The notes under the pieces were generated by a model. That model was given only the letters and a program-made list of their open reading frames with translations. It ran no database searches and was not told where the DNA came from. A DNA stretch of 64,000 nucleotides from an uncultured Verrucomicrobiae bacterium (GTDB lineage Bacteria; Verrucomicrobiota; Verrucomicrobiia; Limisphaerales; Palsa-1400): positions 5,056,001 through 5,120,000 of the forward strand of contig OY969763.1 of assembly GCA_963702845.1 (NCBI GenBank), written 5' to 3'. The position numbers and the translations under genes are program-made. The stretch's first letter is position 1. Every line of letters begins with the position of its first letter. Of the stretch, positions 29,354 through 39,445 are shown in pieces.

Positions 29354-30459
29354 ATGCCCAGGATACGGAGTTTTTCGGCGGCATTGGTGATGCCTTGCTG
29401 AACGAGTGTGCGCGCCGATTCTTCGAGAGTTTGTTTCGGCGCGATCGCGTGTAGTTCGTTATTGCGAATGCGCGCGCGCAGATCATTGGTGAGGCCCAGC
29501 CATTCCACTAGCGGCACGCGCCCTTGGTAACCGGTTTGCAAACAAGTCGCGCATCCGCTGCCACTGCATTCGGCGCAGAGTTTGCGCATCAACCGTTGAT
29601 TCAAAATAAGCGAAATCGACGCTGAAATAGCCGAGCGATCAGAGCACAGGACAAGGAGGCGTTCGAGAACCCCCCGGCACGAACCGGCATGCAACGTGGA
29701 AATAACAAGGTGTCCGGTGAGCGCGGCGCGAACGGCAATATTCGCCGTCTCGTCATCGCGAATTTCGCCAATGATCAACGCTTGCGGATCTTGTCGAAGC
29801 AGATGTCGCGCAGCTTTAGCGAAGTCGAGCCCGCGCGCTTCGTTGACTTCGGTTTGCATTACGCCGGGAACGATCTGTTCGACCGGATCTTCAATGGTAA
29901 TGACGTGGCGATCTCCTGGCCGCGCCAGTGCTCGAAGACACGCGTAAATCGTCGTGGTTTTTCCACTACCAGCCGGCCCCGTCAAGAGGAGCATGCCAGC
30001 GGGTTCGCGCAAGAACGTTTCTAACTCGGCGGCGGCGGCGTCCGGAAAACCCAACTGCGCCACGCTCTTGCCTGGCTTGGTGTTGAACAAACGAAGGACA
30101 ATTTTTTCACCGGTGACCGTCGGATACGTCGCGACGCGAATATCAGTTGGCGCGTTAACAAGGCGCGCTTCGATGCGACCATCTTGCGGCATTGAGTCCT
30201 GGTAGGTCTTTAATTGCGCGAGAAACTTTATGCGGCCAAAAACGCGGTCGGCGATTTCAGCCGGCAAATCAGGCCCCGGCGTCATCACACCGTCGAGGCG
30301 GAACGAGACAGCGACGCCTTGCGAATGCGCTTGCAGATGAATGTCACTGGCGGCGACGTTCGATGCCTGATGAATCAATGCTTCAACAATTTCTGGCGCC
30401 TCGGTCTGCGTGGTTGCAGCCGGAATTTCAGGAATAACTACAGGTTGAAAAACACTCAT
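29350..30459 (-). CDS. GspE/PulE/PilB family assembly ATPase, short form without the N-terminal extension
   Basis: ASDIH, PQDGRI, Walker A GPAGSGKTTT, TIEDPVE, LRQDP..LIIGEIRD, TGHLVISTLH, CAEC...CATC. Confidence 0.95.
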   Translation of the reverse strand: MSVFQPVVIPEIPAATTQTEAPEIVEALIHQASNVAASDIHLQAHSQGVAVSFRLDGVMTPGPDLPAEIADRVFGRIKFLAQLKTYQDSMPQDGRIEARLVNAPTDIRVATYPTVTGEKIVLRLFNTKPGKSVAQLGFPDAAAAELETFLREPAGMLLLTGPAGSGKTTTIYACLRALARPGDRHVITIEDPVEQIVPGVMQTEVNEARGLDFAKAARHLLRQDPQALIIGEIRDDETANIAVRAALTGHLVISTLHAGSCRGVLERLLVLCSDRSAISASISLILNQRLMRKLCAECSGSGCATCLQTGYQGRVPLVEWLGLTNDLRARIRNNELHAIAPKQTLEESARTLVQQGITNAAEKLRILGI

Positions 30460-30806
30460 TGAACCTCCTCGACGAGACGATGCAGACCGTGTTCGTCACG
30501 AATCACTTTGCCGATATTGTCGTGGAAATGGAGCAGTGCGTGACGAATCTCGCCCTTTTGCTTCGAAATGACATGCGATACCGGACCGGTATACGCTTGC
30601 CACAAACAGAAACACGCGGCCAGGCAGCCAAGCGCAAAGCTCGCGCTCCATCCGAATCGTGCTGCTGGCGACGGCTCAGGCACTCGTTGCAACACCGGCC
30701 GGCGTAATTCCATCAGCACCTGGGTCGGGAACGAGTCCCAATAGTCACCCTGACGTTCCGGCACCCGCAAAGATTCGACGAGAGTTTTGAGATCGAAATC
30801 GTTCAT
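30456..30806 (-). CDS. Putative single-TM anti-sigma factor
   Basis: Directly after the ECF sigma (ATGA overlap); VPER..DYWDSFP N-terminus and one hydrophobic helix. Confidence 0.6.
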   Translation of the reverse strand: MNDFDLKTLVESLRVPERQGDYWDSFPTQVLMELRRPVLQRVPEPSPAARFGWSASFALGCLAACFCLWQAYTGPVSHVISKQKGEIRHALLHFHDNIGKVIRDEHGLHRLVEEVQ

Positions 30807-31351
30807 TCGCGTTCTCCCGTCAATGAAAGCAAATGCTTCAACTTCCGTTTAGCGGTGAATACCCGCCACGACACCGTTGTTTCGGAACAATTCAGCACCC
30901 GCGCCGCTTCGGCGTGGTTCATGCCGTCATACATCGTGAGCATGACAGCGGCGCGTTGTTTGGATGGTAATTTCAGCAGTGCCGCGTGCAATTTCGCATT
31001 CAGTTGATCGCCGACTTCTGAGTTGTGGCCATCGGCTTCAATCGTCTGGTTCTCAGTCCAATTGCGGTTGGTTCGGGCACGAACAGTTTCACGATCGCGC
31101 CAAGTGAGACAAACATTCATCGCAATCCGGTAAAGCCACGTGGAAAACTTACAATCTGCGCGATACGCAGCAATGTTGCGATACGCGCGCACGAAAGTCT
31201 CCTGGGAGAGATCCTCAGCATCGTCCATCGAGCCAGTCATCCGGAATGTCAGAGAATGAATCATGCGTTGATGCTTGCGTATAAGCGCCTCGAACGCCGC
31301 AAGGTCTCCTTGTTGGCTTTGCTCGACCAAAGCATCATCCGGTTCACACAT
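30803..31351 (-). CDS. ECF-family RNA polymerase sigma factor
   Basis: DDALV..SQQGD..AFE.L, DAEDLSQETF, FSTWLYRIA.N, LP..QR...EAARVLNCSETTV. Confidence 0.95.
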   Translation of the reverse strand: MCEPDDALVEQSQQGDLAAFEALIRKHQRMIHSLTFRMTGSMDDAEDLSQETFVRAYRNIAAYRADCKFSTWLYRIAMNVCLTWRDRETVRARTNRNWTENQTIEADGHNSEVGDQLNAKLHAALLKLPSKQRAAVMLTMYDGMNHAEAARVLNCSETTVSWRVFTAKRKLKHLLSLTGERE

Positions 31352-31370
31352 GCGGCCTTCTGTTACTGAA

Positions 31371-31398
31371 TAAGACCGGTGAGGCGCGAAAATCCTTT
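31371..31398 (-). promoter_or_regulatory. Candidate autoregulatory ECF promoter (AAGGA-N16-GTCTTA)
   Basis: Minus strand caaaggattttcgcgcctcaccggtcttatt about 20 nt upstream of the sigma ATG; resembles ECF -35/-10 spacing. Confidence 0.3.
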
Positions 31399-31573
31399 GA
31401 AGTATTTTTTCAGCGTTTGCTGAGGGCGGGGTGAATCCCGGACTGACACTGGCCGTTGATGCCAATTTGCTCATAAACGAAGCACGACCAGCCCTTGGAG
31501 CCGGCCTAGTGCCTGACGCTATTCGAACGAAGCATGCGCCGACCGCACTGTCAATCAACCTAAATTGCGCAAC

Positions 31574-32734
31574 TTAACGCGTAAAAGAGGAGGTGAAATC
31601 CTCGTTTGAAATCTGCACGACTTTTTTCTCGAACCTGGAATTGGCAATCAGCTCCTGCAGCTTCTTCTCGTAAGCAACGCTATCCATCGGCATTTCCACC
31701 GTTTGATTGATCAAGCCCGAATAGAGCAGCACGTTCGCGAGCTCGATAGAGTTGACCCCGTCTTCACCCGGTGATATCAGCGGAACACCATCCAGGATGG
31801 CGTCGGTGAAATTTTGCATCAACACCGCGTGTTGCGCTGGTTCGATACTGATTGGGACTTCGATCTTCGAGGTTTCTGGTTTCTGAAAACCGAGCTTCGC
31901 CGTCTTGCTTTGCTCGTTCATCGAGACTTCGTTGCGCGTGAAGTTCAGTTTGTCGTTTTCGAGCACGAGCTTGCCCATCGTCCCGACGATTTCGAAACGG
32001 TTCGTGCCCGGAGCTTCGCCGGTCGTAGAAATGAAAACGCCATTCGCGCCATTCTTGAATTCGAGGTAAGCGGTGACGTCATCCTCAACTTCAATGTTAT
32101 GATAACGGCCAAGCTTCACGAAACTGCGCACGCGCGTCGGCATGCCGAGCAGCCATTGCAACATGTCGAGTTGGTGCAGACACTGATTGATGAGCACCCC
32201 CCCGCCTTCGCCGCGCCATGTCGCGCGCCAACCGCCGCTCAAATAATACGCTTCCGTGCGGAACCAGTCGGTCACGATCCAGGAAAATCGCGTAATTTCG
32301 CCAAGATGCCCTTCAGTGAGGAGCTTTTTGATTTCAGCGTAACGCGATTCGGTGCGCAGTTGGAACATTGCGCCGAAAACGAGCTTCGGATGTTTTTTGC
32401 GAACCGCAATCAGGCGTTCCGCGTCGGCCTTGTGCGCGGAAATTGGTTTTTCCACCATCACGTGCAGGCCCGCTTCGAGTGCGGTAATGCCGAGCGAGGT
32501 GTGTTCGTAGTGAGGCGTCGCGATGATCACTGCATCGATCTCACCGGACTTCAAAAACTGTTCCGCGTTAGTAAACGTTTTGACGGCGCGTTGCGCGTAT
32601 TTGACGAGCTTATCCGCAGAGCGCGCGCAAACACCAACGAGCTGGCAACGGTTGACTTTATTCGCGAGCAAATACTCAGCGTGATGCGCGCCAATGTTGC
32701 CAACACCAATGAGGCCAAGACGAACGGGATTCAT
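31574..32734 (-). CDS. Gfo/Idh/MocA family oxidoreductase
   Basis: GLIGVGNIG, IATPH..H, VEKP, GGGVLINQCLH. Confidence 0.95.
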   Translation of the reverse strand: MNPVRLGLIGVGNIGAHHAEYLLANKVNRCQLVGVCARSADKLVKYAQRAVKTFTNAEQFLKSGEIDAVIIATPHYEHTSLGITALEAGLHVMVEKPISAHKADAERLIAVRKKHPKLVFGAMFQLRTESRYAEIKKLLTEGHLGEITRFSWIVTDWFRTEAYYLSGGWRATWRGEGGGVLINQCLHQLDMLQWLLGMPTRVRSFVKLGRYHNIEVEDDVTAYLEFKNGANGVFISTTGEAPGTNRFEIVGTMGKLVLENDKLNFTRNEVSMNEQSKTAKLGFQKPETSKIEVPISIEPAQHAVLMQNFTDAILDGVPLISPGEDGVNSIELANVLLYSGLINQTVEMPMDSVAYEKKLQELIANSRFEKKVVQISNEDFTSSFTR

Positions 32735-32777
32735 AATTCAGAAGCTAGAAGTTAGGAGATAGCAGATAGAATTCCAA

Positions 32778-33305
32778 CTACTTTGGATGCGAGTCTGCGG
32801 TAGATTTTGGCGGATCGGAGACCTCAATCGTGGTGCGTTCATATTTCGACGGCAGTCCCCACTTACTGCCATGAAAGAATCGCAGGAGACGCGCGCGTGC
32901 GGCGAGATGCCGCACTGCTTCACGCCAGTCATACCCAGAGTAAAGGACCAGGAGAGTGCAGTCGCCTGCAGCTTTATTCAGTGTTAGTTCGGCAGCTTTT
33001 CGGGAACGAAGCACTACTCGCCGGTCGCTGGCAACGTCCCACGTCTGATCACGCGGACACATAAAGAAGTAGTTTGCTATTGTGACTTCTTCAGGGCCGG
33101 AGTTTGAAATGACAAATGAGACAGCGTTTGAGCCTGCCGAGGTATTTGTGTAGTTCAGGAATGAGACAGAAATGTTGCCTGAACCTACGCGGGAATCAGG
33201 CGTGTTCCATAGAAGAGCTATAGCGGCAGCCAGAAGCAGAAATGCTGATATGGCGATCGCAAGCTTGCGATTTAGCTTTCCGCGAACAGGTGATTTTTTG
33301 ATCAC
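32778..33305 (-). CDS. Hypothetical membrane-anchored protein
   Basis: GTG start, N-terminal hydrophobic helix, fills the gap between co-oriented genes; no recognised family. Confidence 0.55.
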   Translation of the reverse strand: MIKKSPVRGKLNRKLAIAISAFLLLAAAIALLWNTPDSRVGSGNISVSFLNYTNTSAGSNAVSFVISNSGPEEVTIANYFFMCPRDQTWDVASDRRVVLRSRKAAELTLNKAAGDCTLLVLYSGYDWREAVRHLAARARLLRFFHGSKWGLPSKYERTTIEVSDPPKSTADSHPK

Positions 33306-33326
33306 GCCTTAACATTCTCCAACGGG

Positions 33327-34685
33327 TTAATCCCGTTTCAATCCGAGTTTTTCAATGAGCTCGTATAGCGTTGGGCGACTGACACCAAGTTCCGCCGCTG
33401 CAGGCGCGATTTTGCCGTTGTGCTTACGCAAGGTTTTTTGGATCAGGTCACGTTCCAGCGATTCACGCGCTTCTTTTAAGTTCGAAGCGGAAGTCGTTGA
33501 CGAGACATCGGTCAGTTCGAGATCCTGAACTGTAAGGCGTTTGCTCTCGGCCATGATGACGGCGCGTTTGATGCGATTTTCCAATTCACGAACGTTACCC
33601 GGCCACGCGTGACGAGCGAGCGCACGCTTGGCTTCAGCGTCGAAGGTGAGGCCTTCTTTTTTCGTTTCGTGGCTGAACCGACGGAGAAAATCCTGACCGA
33701 GCAAGAGCGTGTCGTTTTCGCGTTCGCGCAAGGCCGGCAGTTTGATGACGACAACAGCGAGACGATAGTAAAGGTCCTCGCGGAACGTGGCGTCGGCTAT
33801 GCCTTTCGCTAAATCGGAGTTGGTCGCGGCGACGACCCGCGCGTCCACTGAAATGGACTGGCGACCACCGACGCGTTCGATGGTTTGTTCCTGCAAAAAG
33901 CGAAGTAGCTTCACCTGCAACGGCGTTGGCAATTCGCCGATTTCGTCAAGGAACAGGGTGCCACCGGCGGCAGTTTCGATGCGACCCTTGCGCTGCATGT
34001 GCGCGCCAGTGAATGAGCCTTTTTCGTGACCGAAAAGTTCGCTTTCAAGCAGCGCCTCAGGAATCGCGCCGCAATTGATGGCGACGAAAGGCCCGTCCTT
34101 ACGCGGACTGCGACGATGAATCGCGAGCGCGGCCATTTCTTTGCCGGTCCCGCTTTCACCCAGAATCAAAACGGGCGCGTCGGTTGTAGCGACTTTGCGG
34201 ATTGAATTAAAAACCGTCTGCATCGAAGGACTGGTGCCGAGCATGCCTTCGAAAGTATCTGGCGTGACCTGTTGCTTCAGTGCGCGATATTCACGCTCGA
34301 GGCCGGCGACGTGGTAGGCGCGTTTGAGAATGACTTTGAGTTCATCGAGGTCGACCGGTTTGGTTAAAAAATCGTAAGCACCAGAACCGACGCCTTCGAG
34401 CGCGTTATGTTTCTCGCCCTGGCCACTGATGATGACAACCTTTGTCATGCTGTCCGCCGCTAGAATTTCCGAGAGCGTTGCAAAGCCTTCCTTCGTATCG
34501 CCCGGGCTGGGAGGCAGGCCGAGGTCAAGGAGCACGACCGCTGGAGTTTGCTCGCGAAACGTAGCGAGCGCAGAGGCTCGATCACCCGCGAGAAACACCT
34601 CATAGTCCTGAGCTAGTCCCCACTTCATTTGGGAACGAATCTCTTCATCGTCATCGACGATCAACAACTTCGGCTTAGTCGACAT
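33327..34685 (-). CDS. prsR: PEP-CTERM-box sigma54-dependent response regulator (PrsR-like)
   Basis: LLIVDDD..I..Q.KW.L, LLDLGLPP.P....EG receiver; GESGTGKE; GSFTGA; Fis-type HTH. Confidence 0.85.
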   Translation of the reverse strand: MSTKPKLLIVDDDEEIRSQMKWGLAQDYEVFLAGDRASALATFREQTPAVVLLDLGLPPSPGDTKEGFATLSEILAADSMTKVVIISGQGEKHNALEGVGSGAYDFLTKPVDLDELKVILKRAYHVAGLEREYRALKQQVTPDTFEGMLGTSPSMQTVFNSIRKVATTDAPVLILGESGTGKEMAALAIHRRSPRKDGPFVAINCGAIPEALLESELFGHEKGSFTGAHMQRKGRIETAAGGTLFLDEIGELPTPLQVKLLRFLQEQTIERVGGRQSISVDARVVAATNSDLAKGIADATFREDLYYRLAVVVIKLPALRERENDTLLLGQDFLRRFSHETKKEGLTFDAEAKRALARHAWPGNVRELENRIKRAVIMAESKRLTVQDLELTDVSSTTSASNLKEARESLERDLIQKTLRKHNGKIAPAAAELGVSRPTLYELIEKLGLKRD

Positions 34686-34789
34686 GATCAATTGGCATCT
34701 TATCCCGAACTGCTCAAATTGAGCGAGTAGATTAAATCGCTCACGGCTCGACACTCGCGTGCGCCAACTACTTTATTAGCCCAATCTGC

Positions 34790-36103
34790 TTATTTACCGA
34801 ACACCTTCTTGAATTTCTCGCGCACATTCTGGAAATGAAAATCCAACGAGCACAGTTTTTCCAATTCGCCGGCTTTGAAGTGCTTTTTCACGTCCGGATC
34901 GCTCAACAGCTGCGCCTTGAAATCGGCGTTTTGCCCGGCGTGTTTGGCTTGCCATGTTTGCATCGCATTCCGCTGCACCAACTCGTAAGCCGCTTCGCGC
35001 GTCAGCCCTTTTTTGATTAAAGCGAGAAGCACGGTTTGCGAATTCCACATGCCGAGCGACAGCCCGAGGTTGCGCTTCATATTCTCGGGGTAGACGATCA
35101 GACCATCGGTCAACTTTTGCAACGTCACGAGCATGTAATCGAGCAACGTGCAGGAATCGGGGAAAATGATCCGCTCGACGCTGCTGTGGCTGATGTCGCG
35201 TTCGTGCCAGAGCGCGACATTTTCCATGGCAGCGACGGCGTTGCCGCGCAAAACACGGGCGAGACCGGTGAGACGTTCGCCCGTAATCGGATTACGTTTG
35301 TGCGGCATCGCGCTCGATCCTTTTTGGCCTTTCGCAAAAAATTCTTCCGCTTCCAGAACTTCCGTGCGTTGTAAGTGACGGAACTCCGTCGACCAACGTT
35401 CGATGCTCGCAGCCACGAGCGCGAGCGTGCTGATAAATTCGGCGTGAATGTCGCGTTGCACGACCTGCGTCGCGATTGGCGCCGCTTTCAGTCCAAGCTT
35501 TTTACAGACGAACGCTTCAATGCGCGGAGCGAGATGTGCGCTGGTCCCGACCGCTCCCGAAAGTTTACCGACAGCGACGTTTTGGCGAACGACTTCCAAC
35601 CGTTGTAACCCTCGGGTAAACTCGTCGTACATCAACGCGAATTTTAGCCCCATGGTAGTTGGCTCAGCGTGAATGCCGTGGCTGCGTCCAATCATCGGCG
35701 TGAATTGATGTTCGCGCGCGCGCCGTGCAATCGTTTTGCGCAGGTCCTTAACGTCCTGAATCAAAATGTCAGCAGATTGCACCATCTGAACGGCAAACGC
35801 CGTGTCGAGAACGTCGCTGCTCGTCAGCCCGAAATGCAACCAACGACTGGCCGGCGCGCCGATGTTTTCCGAAACGTTTGTCGTGAATGCGATGACGTCG
35901 TGATTAAGCGTCCGCTCAAGTTCCTTGCAGCGGTCGATGTTGAAGGCCGCCTTGGCCTTCATTTGCGCGAAGTCTTTCTTCGGCACAATGCCTTCGGCAA
36001 CGAGCGCTTCGGAAGCGAGCAACTCGATTTGGAGCCAGATCTCGAGCTTGCGTTGCTCGGACCAAATTTCGCGCATGGCTGGACGGGAATAGCGTTGGAT
36101 CAT
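34790..36103 (-). CDS. purB: Adenylosuccinate lyase
   Basis: MIQRYS, HDVIAF, GRSHGIHAEP, GSSAMPHKRNP, WHERDISHSSVER. Confidence 0.97.
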   Translation of the reverse strand: MIQRYSRPAMREIWSEQRKLEIWLQIELLASEALVAEGIVPKKDFAQMKAKAAFNIDRCKELERTLNHDVIAFTTNVSENIGAPASRWLHFGLTSSDVLDTAFAVQMVQSADILIQDVKDLRKTIARRAREHQFTPMIGRSHGIHAEPTTMGLKFALMYDEFTRGLQRLEVVRQNVAVGKLSGAVGTSAHLAPRIEAFVCKKLGLKAAPIATQVVQRDIHAEFISTLALVAASIERWSTEFRHLQRTEVLEAEEFFAKGQKGSSAMPHKRNPITGERLTGLARVLRGNAVAAMENVALWHERDISHSSVERIIFPDSCTLLDYMLVTLQKLTDGLIVYPENMKRNLGLSLGMWNSQTVLLALIKKGLTREAAYELVQRNAMQTWQAKHAGQNADFKAQLLSDPDVKKHFKAGELEKLCSLDFHFQNVREKFKKVFGK

Positions 36104-36180
36104 AACGGATTCAGAACGGCGCAAATTGTGTGCTTGTCGAAGCGTCGATGCAAAGCCCGAAATGATTGGCGCACGAAAAC

Positions 36181-36211
36181 AAAAAAGGCACAGAGGAGTC
36201 TCTCTGTGCCT
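36181..36211 (-). terminator. Rho-independent terminator after the ppiD-like gene
   Basis: Stem aggcacagag/ctctgtgcct followed by a T-tract on the minus strand. Confidence 0.75.
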
Positions 36212-36228
36212 CTTGAGAAAGTTTTAAC

Positions 36229-38013
36229 TTAGCTCACCGGCGGCTTGGGCTGCTGCGGAACGACCAGGCGCATGTCTTGAATCTGGCGTTGGAACCACTC
36301 ACCAAACGCGGCGTTCTGGCGTTGTTCACGCATCCGTGCGACGAACTCAGGAAGCTCCTTCTGCAGCTTGGCTTGGTCAACCGGTTGGCGCGCTTTCAGG
36401 TAAACGACATATCCACCTTCCGCCGTCGGAATGTATGCCGACATTTTGCCGGTTTGCATACTGTAGAGGTTTTCAACCAATTGTTGGAATTCTTGACGGC
36501 CAGTAATCAGATGAGCGACCGACGAATTGCTCTTCTCGATCTTTTTAAACTCAACTGTTGTTTCGATATTTGTCGGTTGAGCTGTGGCCAGAGAAAACGC
36601 TGGCAGCGTGATCGGCTTAACATTATTTGCCGAGGCAACCTCATCAAAACCCTTGCCTTGCGACACCGAACCCACCGCTTTGATGTAGAAGTTCTGGCCG
36701 GCAGAACGAGCGATTTCGAACGCCCTCTCGCGCTTGTAATCATCCATGACTTTGGTTTGGACCTGATCAAAGGTTTGGGGCTGGTTCGGAAAACGTTGCT
36801 TCAATCCCATGACCAACCAACCATCTTCAACAGGCACCGGCGCTTGCGAATAGATCATGCTGCGGGATTTGTCTTCTGGCGCGTTGGTCGACAGTGAAAA
36901 CGCCGTGCGCATGAACGCTTGGGTAGGCTTGAACTCCTTCGGGCCCGTGCGACCGTCAAACGGTTCGGTGACATTTACTTTCAGATTGTGCTCCTGAGCA
37001 ACCTTCTGCAGGTCATCGACCGTAAACGGATGCTCGTCATCGTGACCTTTCATCAGCGCTTCGATAAATCCATTCGCGTTCGTGCGGGCAAAGGTCAAAG
37101 CACGATTGTCACGCAGATCGTTTTTAATTTTTGCTTTGGCGGCATCGGCCGTCATTTCTTTGCCTTGCTCATCCTTGAACGTGGCAGGGCCGCGCTGGAT
37201 ATAATAAGCGTCGATTTCCTTGCTCAAATTCGTGTTGCTGACGAGATCTTTTTCGGCGACAGCGACGTAATTCGACATCGGGAAGCTAACGTATTGCACC
37301 TGCACGCGTTCAGGCAGGCGATACATCGCTTCGTTCGTGTGAAAGAAACCTTGGAGATTCGTCATCGAGGTCGTCACTTGCGACATATAGTTGCTGAGCG
37401 GGAAATAGGCGACTTCGGCGACCATTGGCTCATTTTCACGGACGTAGAAAGCTTCCGCTTCCTTCGGCGTGATCAATTTGCCACCCATGCCGAACAACGT
37501 AACCAGTTGTTGGTTGGCCGCCTGATGACGCGCAAAACGCGCGAAATCTTCCAATGTAAGACGCTGAGGAGCGAGTGTACGTTGCTCGAACGTTTGCAGA
37601 TCAGCTTCCGTCACAGGGTGTGAAGGACTGGCGCCAAAAATTTCCTCAACCATGCGCGCAGCCGCCTTGGAGGTCGGCACGATGCCGAGGTCCTTGGCTT
37701 TTTGGTTCAGCGCGATCCGTTGATAAGCGCGCTGCTCGAGCTGATAATTGTTCTGGCGAAGCTTTTCTTGCGTCGCCCATTCGCCGTGCTGGAGGAAGTA
37801 GAAGAGCATTTCTTCGCGAATGGCATCGTTGAATTCGTCGACGCCGATGGCCCGGCCTTCAATGGATGCGCCGGTTTCACCAGTACGGGTGTCGCCACCG
37901 CCGCCGCCGCCGTAACGTGTGCTCGGGTTAAAAAAGACAACGAACGACACAATCGTCGCAGCGATGATCACTCCCCAAAGCCATTGTTGGTGCTTCCTAA
38001 TTGTTCCAATCAT
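36229..38013 (-). CDS. SurA N-terminal domain / PpiD-like periplasmic chaperone
   Basis: MIGTIRKHQQWLW.VII...IVSFV anchor; Y..PERV.V.YV; PpiD-like size and layout. Confidence 0.8.
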   Translation of the reverse strand: MIGTIRKHQQWLWGVIIAATIVSFVVFFNPSTRYGGGGGGDTRTGETGASIEGRAIGVDEFNDAIREEMLFYFLQHGEWATQEKLRQNNYQLEQRAYQRIALNQKAKDLGIVPTSKAAARMVEEIFGASPSHPVTEADLQTFEQRTLAPQRLTLEDFARFARHQAANQQLVTLFGMGGKLITPKEAEAFYVRENEPMVAEVAYFPLSNYMSQVTTSMTNLQGFFHTNEAMYRLPERVQVQYVSFPMSNYVAVAEKDLVSNTNLSKEIDAYYIQRGPATFKDEQGKEMTADAAKAKIKNDLRDNRALTFARTNANGFIEALMKGHDDEHPFTVDDLQKVAQEHNLKVNVTEPFDGRTGPKEFKPTQAFMRTAFSLSTNAPEDKSRSMIYSQAPVPVEDGWLVMGLKQRFPNQPQTFDQVQTKVMDDYKRERAFEIARSAGQNFYIKAVGSVSQGKGFDEVASANNVKPITLPAFSLATAQPTNIETTVEFKKIEKSNSSVAHLITGRQEFQQLVENLYSMQTGKMSAYIPTAEGGYVVYLKARQPVDQAKLQKELPEFVARMREQRQNAAFGEWFQRQIQDMRLVVPQQPKPPVS

Positions 38014-38141
38014 AATGAAAGGGGTAGAAAATAGGTCGGCAGGGGGCCAAGCGCAAGGCTCAACTCCAGTGGGCTTACTGAATTTCCCTGGTAGCACCCT
38101 TTGCGCTAGACGGACCCCTTGCCCATGTTAATGTTAGCCGT

Positions 38142-39437
38142 ATGTCTGAGCAGTCCTCGGCAGCGCCGAATAATGCCAATGGAAACGGAAATGGTGGCTC
38201 TGGAGCCAATGCCAATGGGCAGCCTAAACCGCAGAAGATCAATCTGCGGCGCCCGGATGTCATGGAAGCCGTCCAGGCACAAGTGTTATCGCATTACACC
38301 AGCGAATTGGTCGATCGCATCCGCAAAAAAGGCGGCGTGCTGTCCGCCGATGGATCGCTAACCATCAAGTTGGCGAAGGAATTTGGGTTTTGCTATGGGG
38401 TCGAGCGCGCGATTGATCTGGCTTATGCGGCGCGTAAAGTTTTTCCGCCGCCGAAGCCGATCTATCTGCTCGGCGAAATCATTCATAACCCCGAGGTCAA
38501 TGACCAGATCCGCAACATGGGCATTCAGATTATTTCGCCCAAGCCGACCAATGCGGAACTGGAACGGCTCCATTCCGGTGACGTCGTGATTATTCCGGCG
38601 TTTGGCACTGAAGTCGCCACGCGCGAGAAGTTGAAGGCCAAGGGTTGTGAGACGGTTGATACGACCTGTGGCGACGTGATGTCCGTCTGGAAACGCGTCC
38701 GTCAATATTCAAAGGACAGCGTCACCAGCATCATTCACGGCAAAGCCAAGCACGAGGAAACAAAGGCCACGACGTCCCAGGCCACCGCCTACGGCAGCGG
38801 TCATTATCTGGTGGTCTACAATCTCGACGAAACGGATTACGTCTGTAACTACATCCTCAACGGCGGCGGCAAACAGGAATTTTTGGAGAAGTTTAAAGGT
38901 GCCTATTCGCATGGATTCGATCCTGAACTGCATCTACAGACCGTCGGCGTCGCCAATCAAACGACGATGTTGCGCGGCGAGACAGAAGAAGTGCAGCGCC
39001 GCATCAAAGCGGCGATGATCAAGAAATACGGCGAGGGCGAGACCGATAAGCATTTCCGGTTTTTCGACACGATTTGCGGCGCAACCCAGGATCGTCAGGA
39101 TGCCCTGCAAAAGCTGATGGTTGAACCGATGGACCTGTTGCTGGTCATTGGCGGTTACAATTCGTCGAACACCTCGCATCTGGCTGAAATGGGTGAGGCA
39201 AAATTGCCGACGTATTTTATCAAGAACGCACAGATGATGGTGTCGGACCGGCTGATCCGCCATTACAACTCTGTTCAGCATAAAGAAGTCGAGACCAAGG
39301 ATTGGCTGCCGCAAGGCAAGATTACGGTCGGCATTACCGCCGGCGCTTCTTGCCCGAATAACCTGATCGAAGATGCCATTCGCCGGTTATTTGAACTGCG
39401 CGGAATTTCTGTCACTGAGCTTTTGGCCAACAATTAG
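38142..39437 (+). CDS. ispH: 4-hydroxy-3-methylbut-2-enyl diphosphate reductase
   Basis: FGFCYGVERA, EIIHNP, DTTC, NQTT, DTICGATQDRQ, SSN, TAGASCP. Confidence 0.96.
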   Translation: MSEQSSAAPNNANGNGNGGSGANANGQPKPQKINLRRPDVMEAVQAQVLSHYTSELVDRIRKKGGVLSADGSLTIKLAKEFGFCYGVERAIDLAYAARKVFPPPKPIYLLGEIIHNPEVNDQIRNMGIQIISPKPTNAELERLHSGDVVIIPAFGTEVATREKLKAKGCETVDTTCGDVMSVWKRVRQYSKDSVTSIIHGKAKHEETKATTSQATAYGSGHYLVVYNLDETDYVCNYILNGGGKQEFLEKFKGAYSHGFDPELHLQTVGVANQTTMLRGETEEVQRRIKAAMIKKYGEGETDKHFRFFDTICGATQDRQDALQKLMVEPMDLLLVIGGYNSSNTSHLAEMGEAKLPTYFIKNAQMMVSDRLIRHYNSVQHKEVETKDWLPQGKITVGITAGASCPNNLIEDAIRRLFELRGISVTELLANN

Positions 39438-39445
39438 GGCCGACC

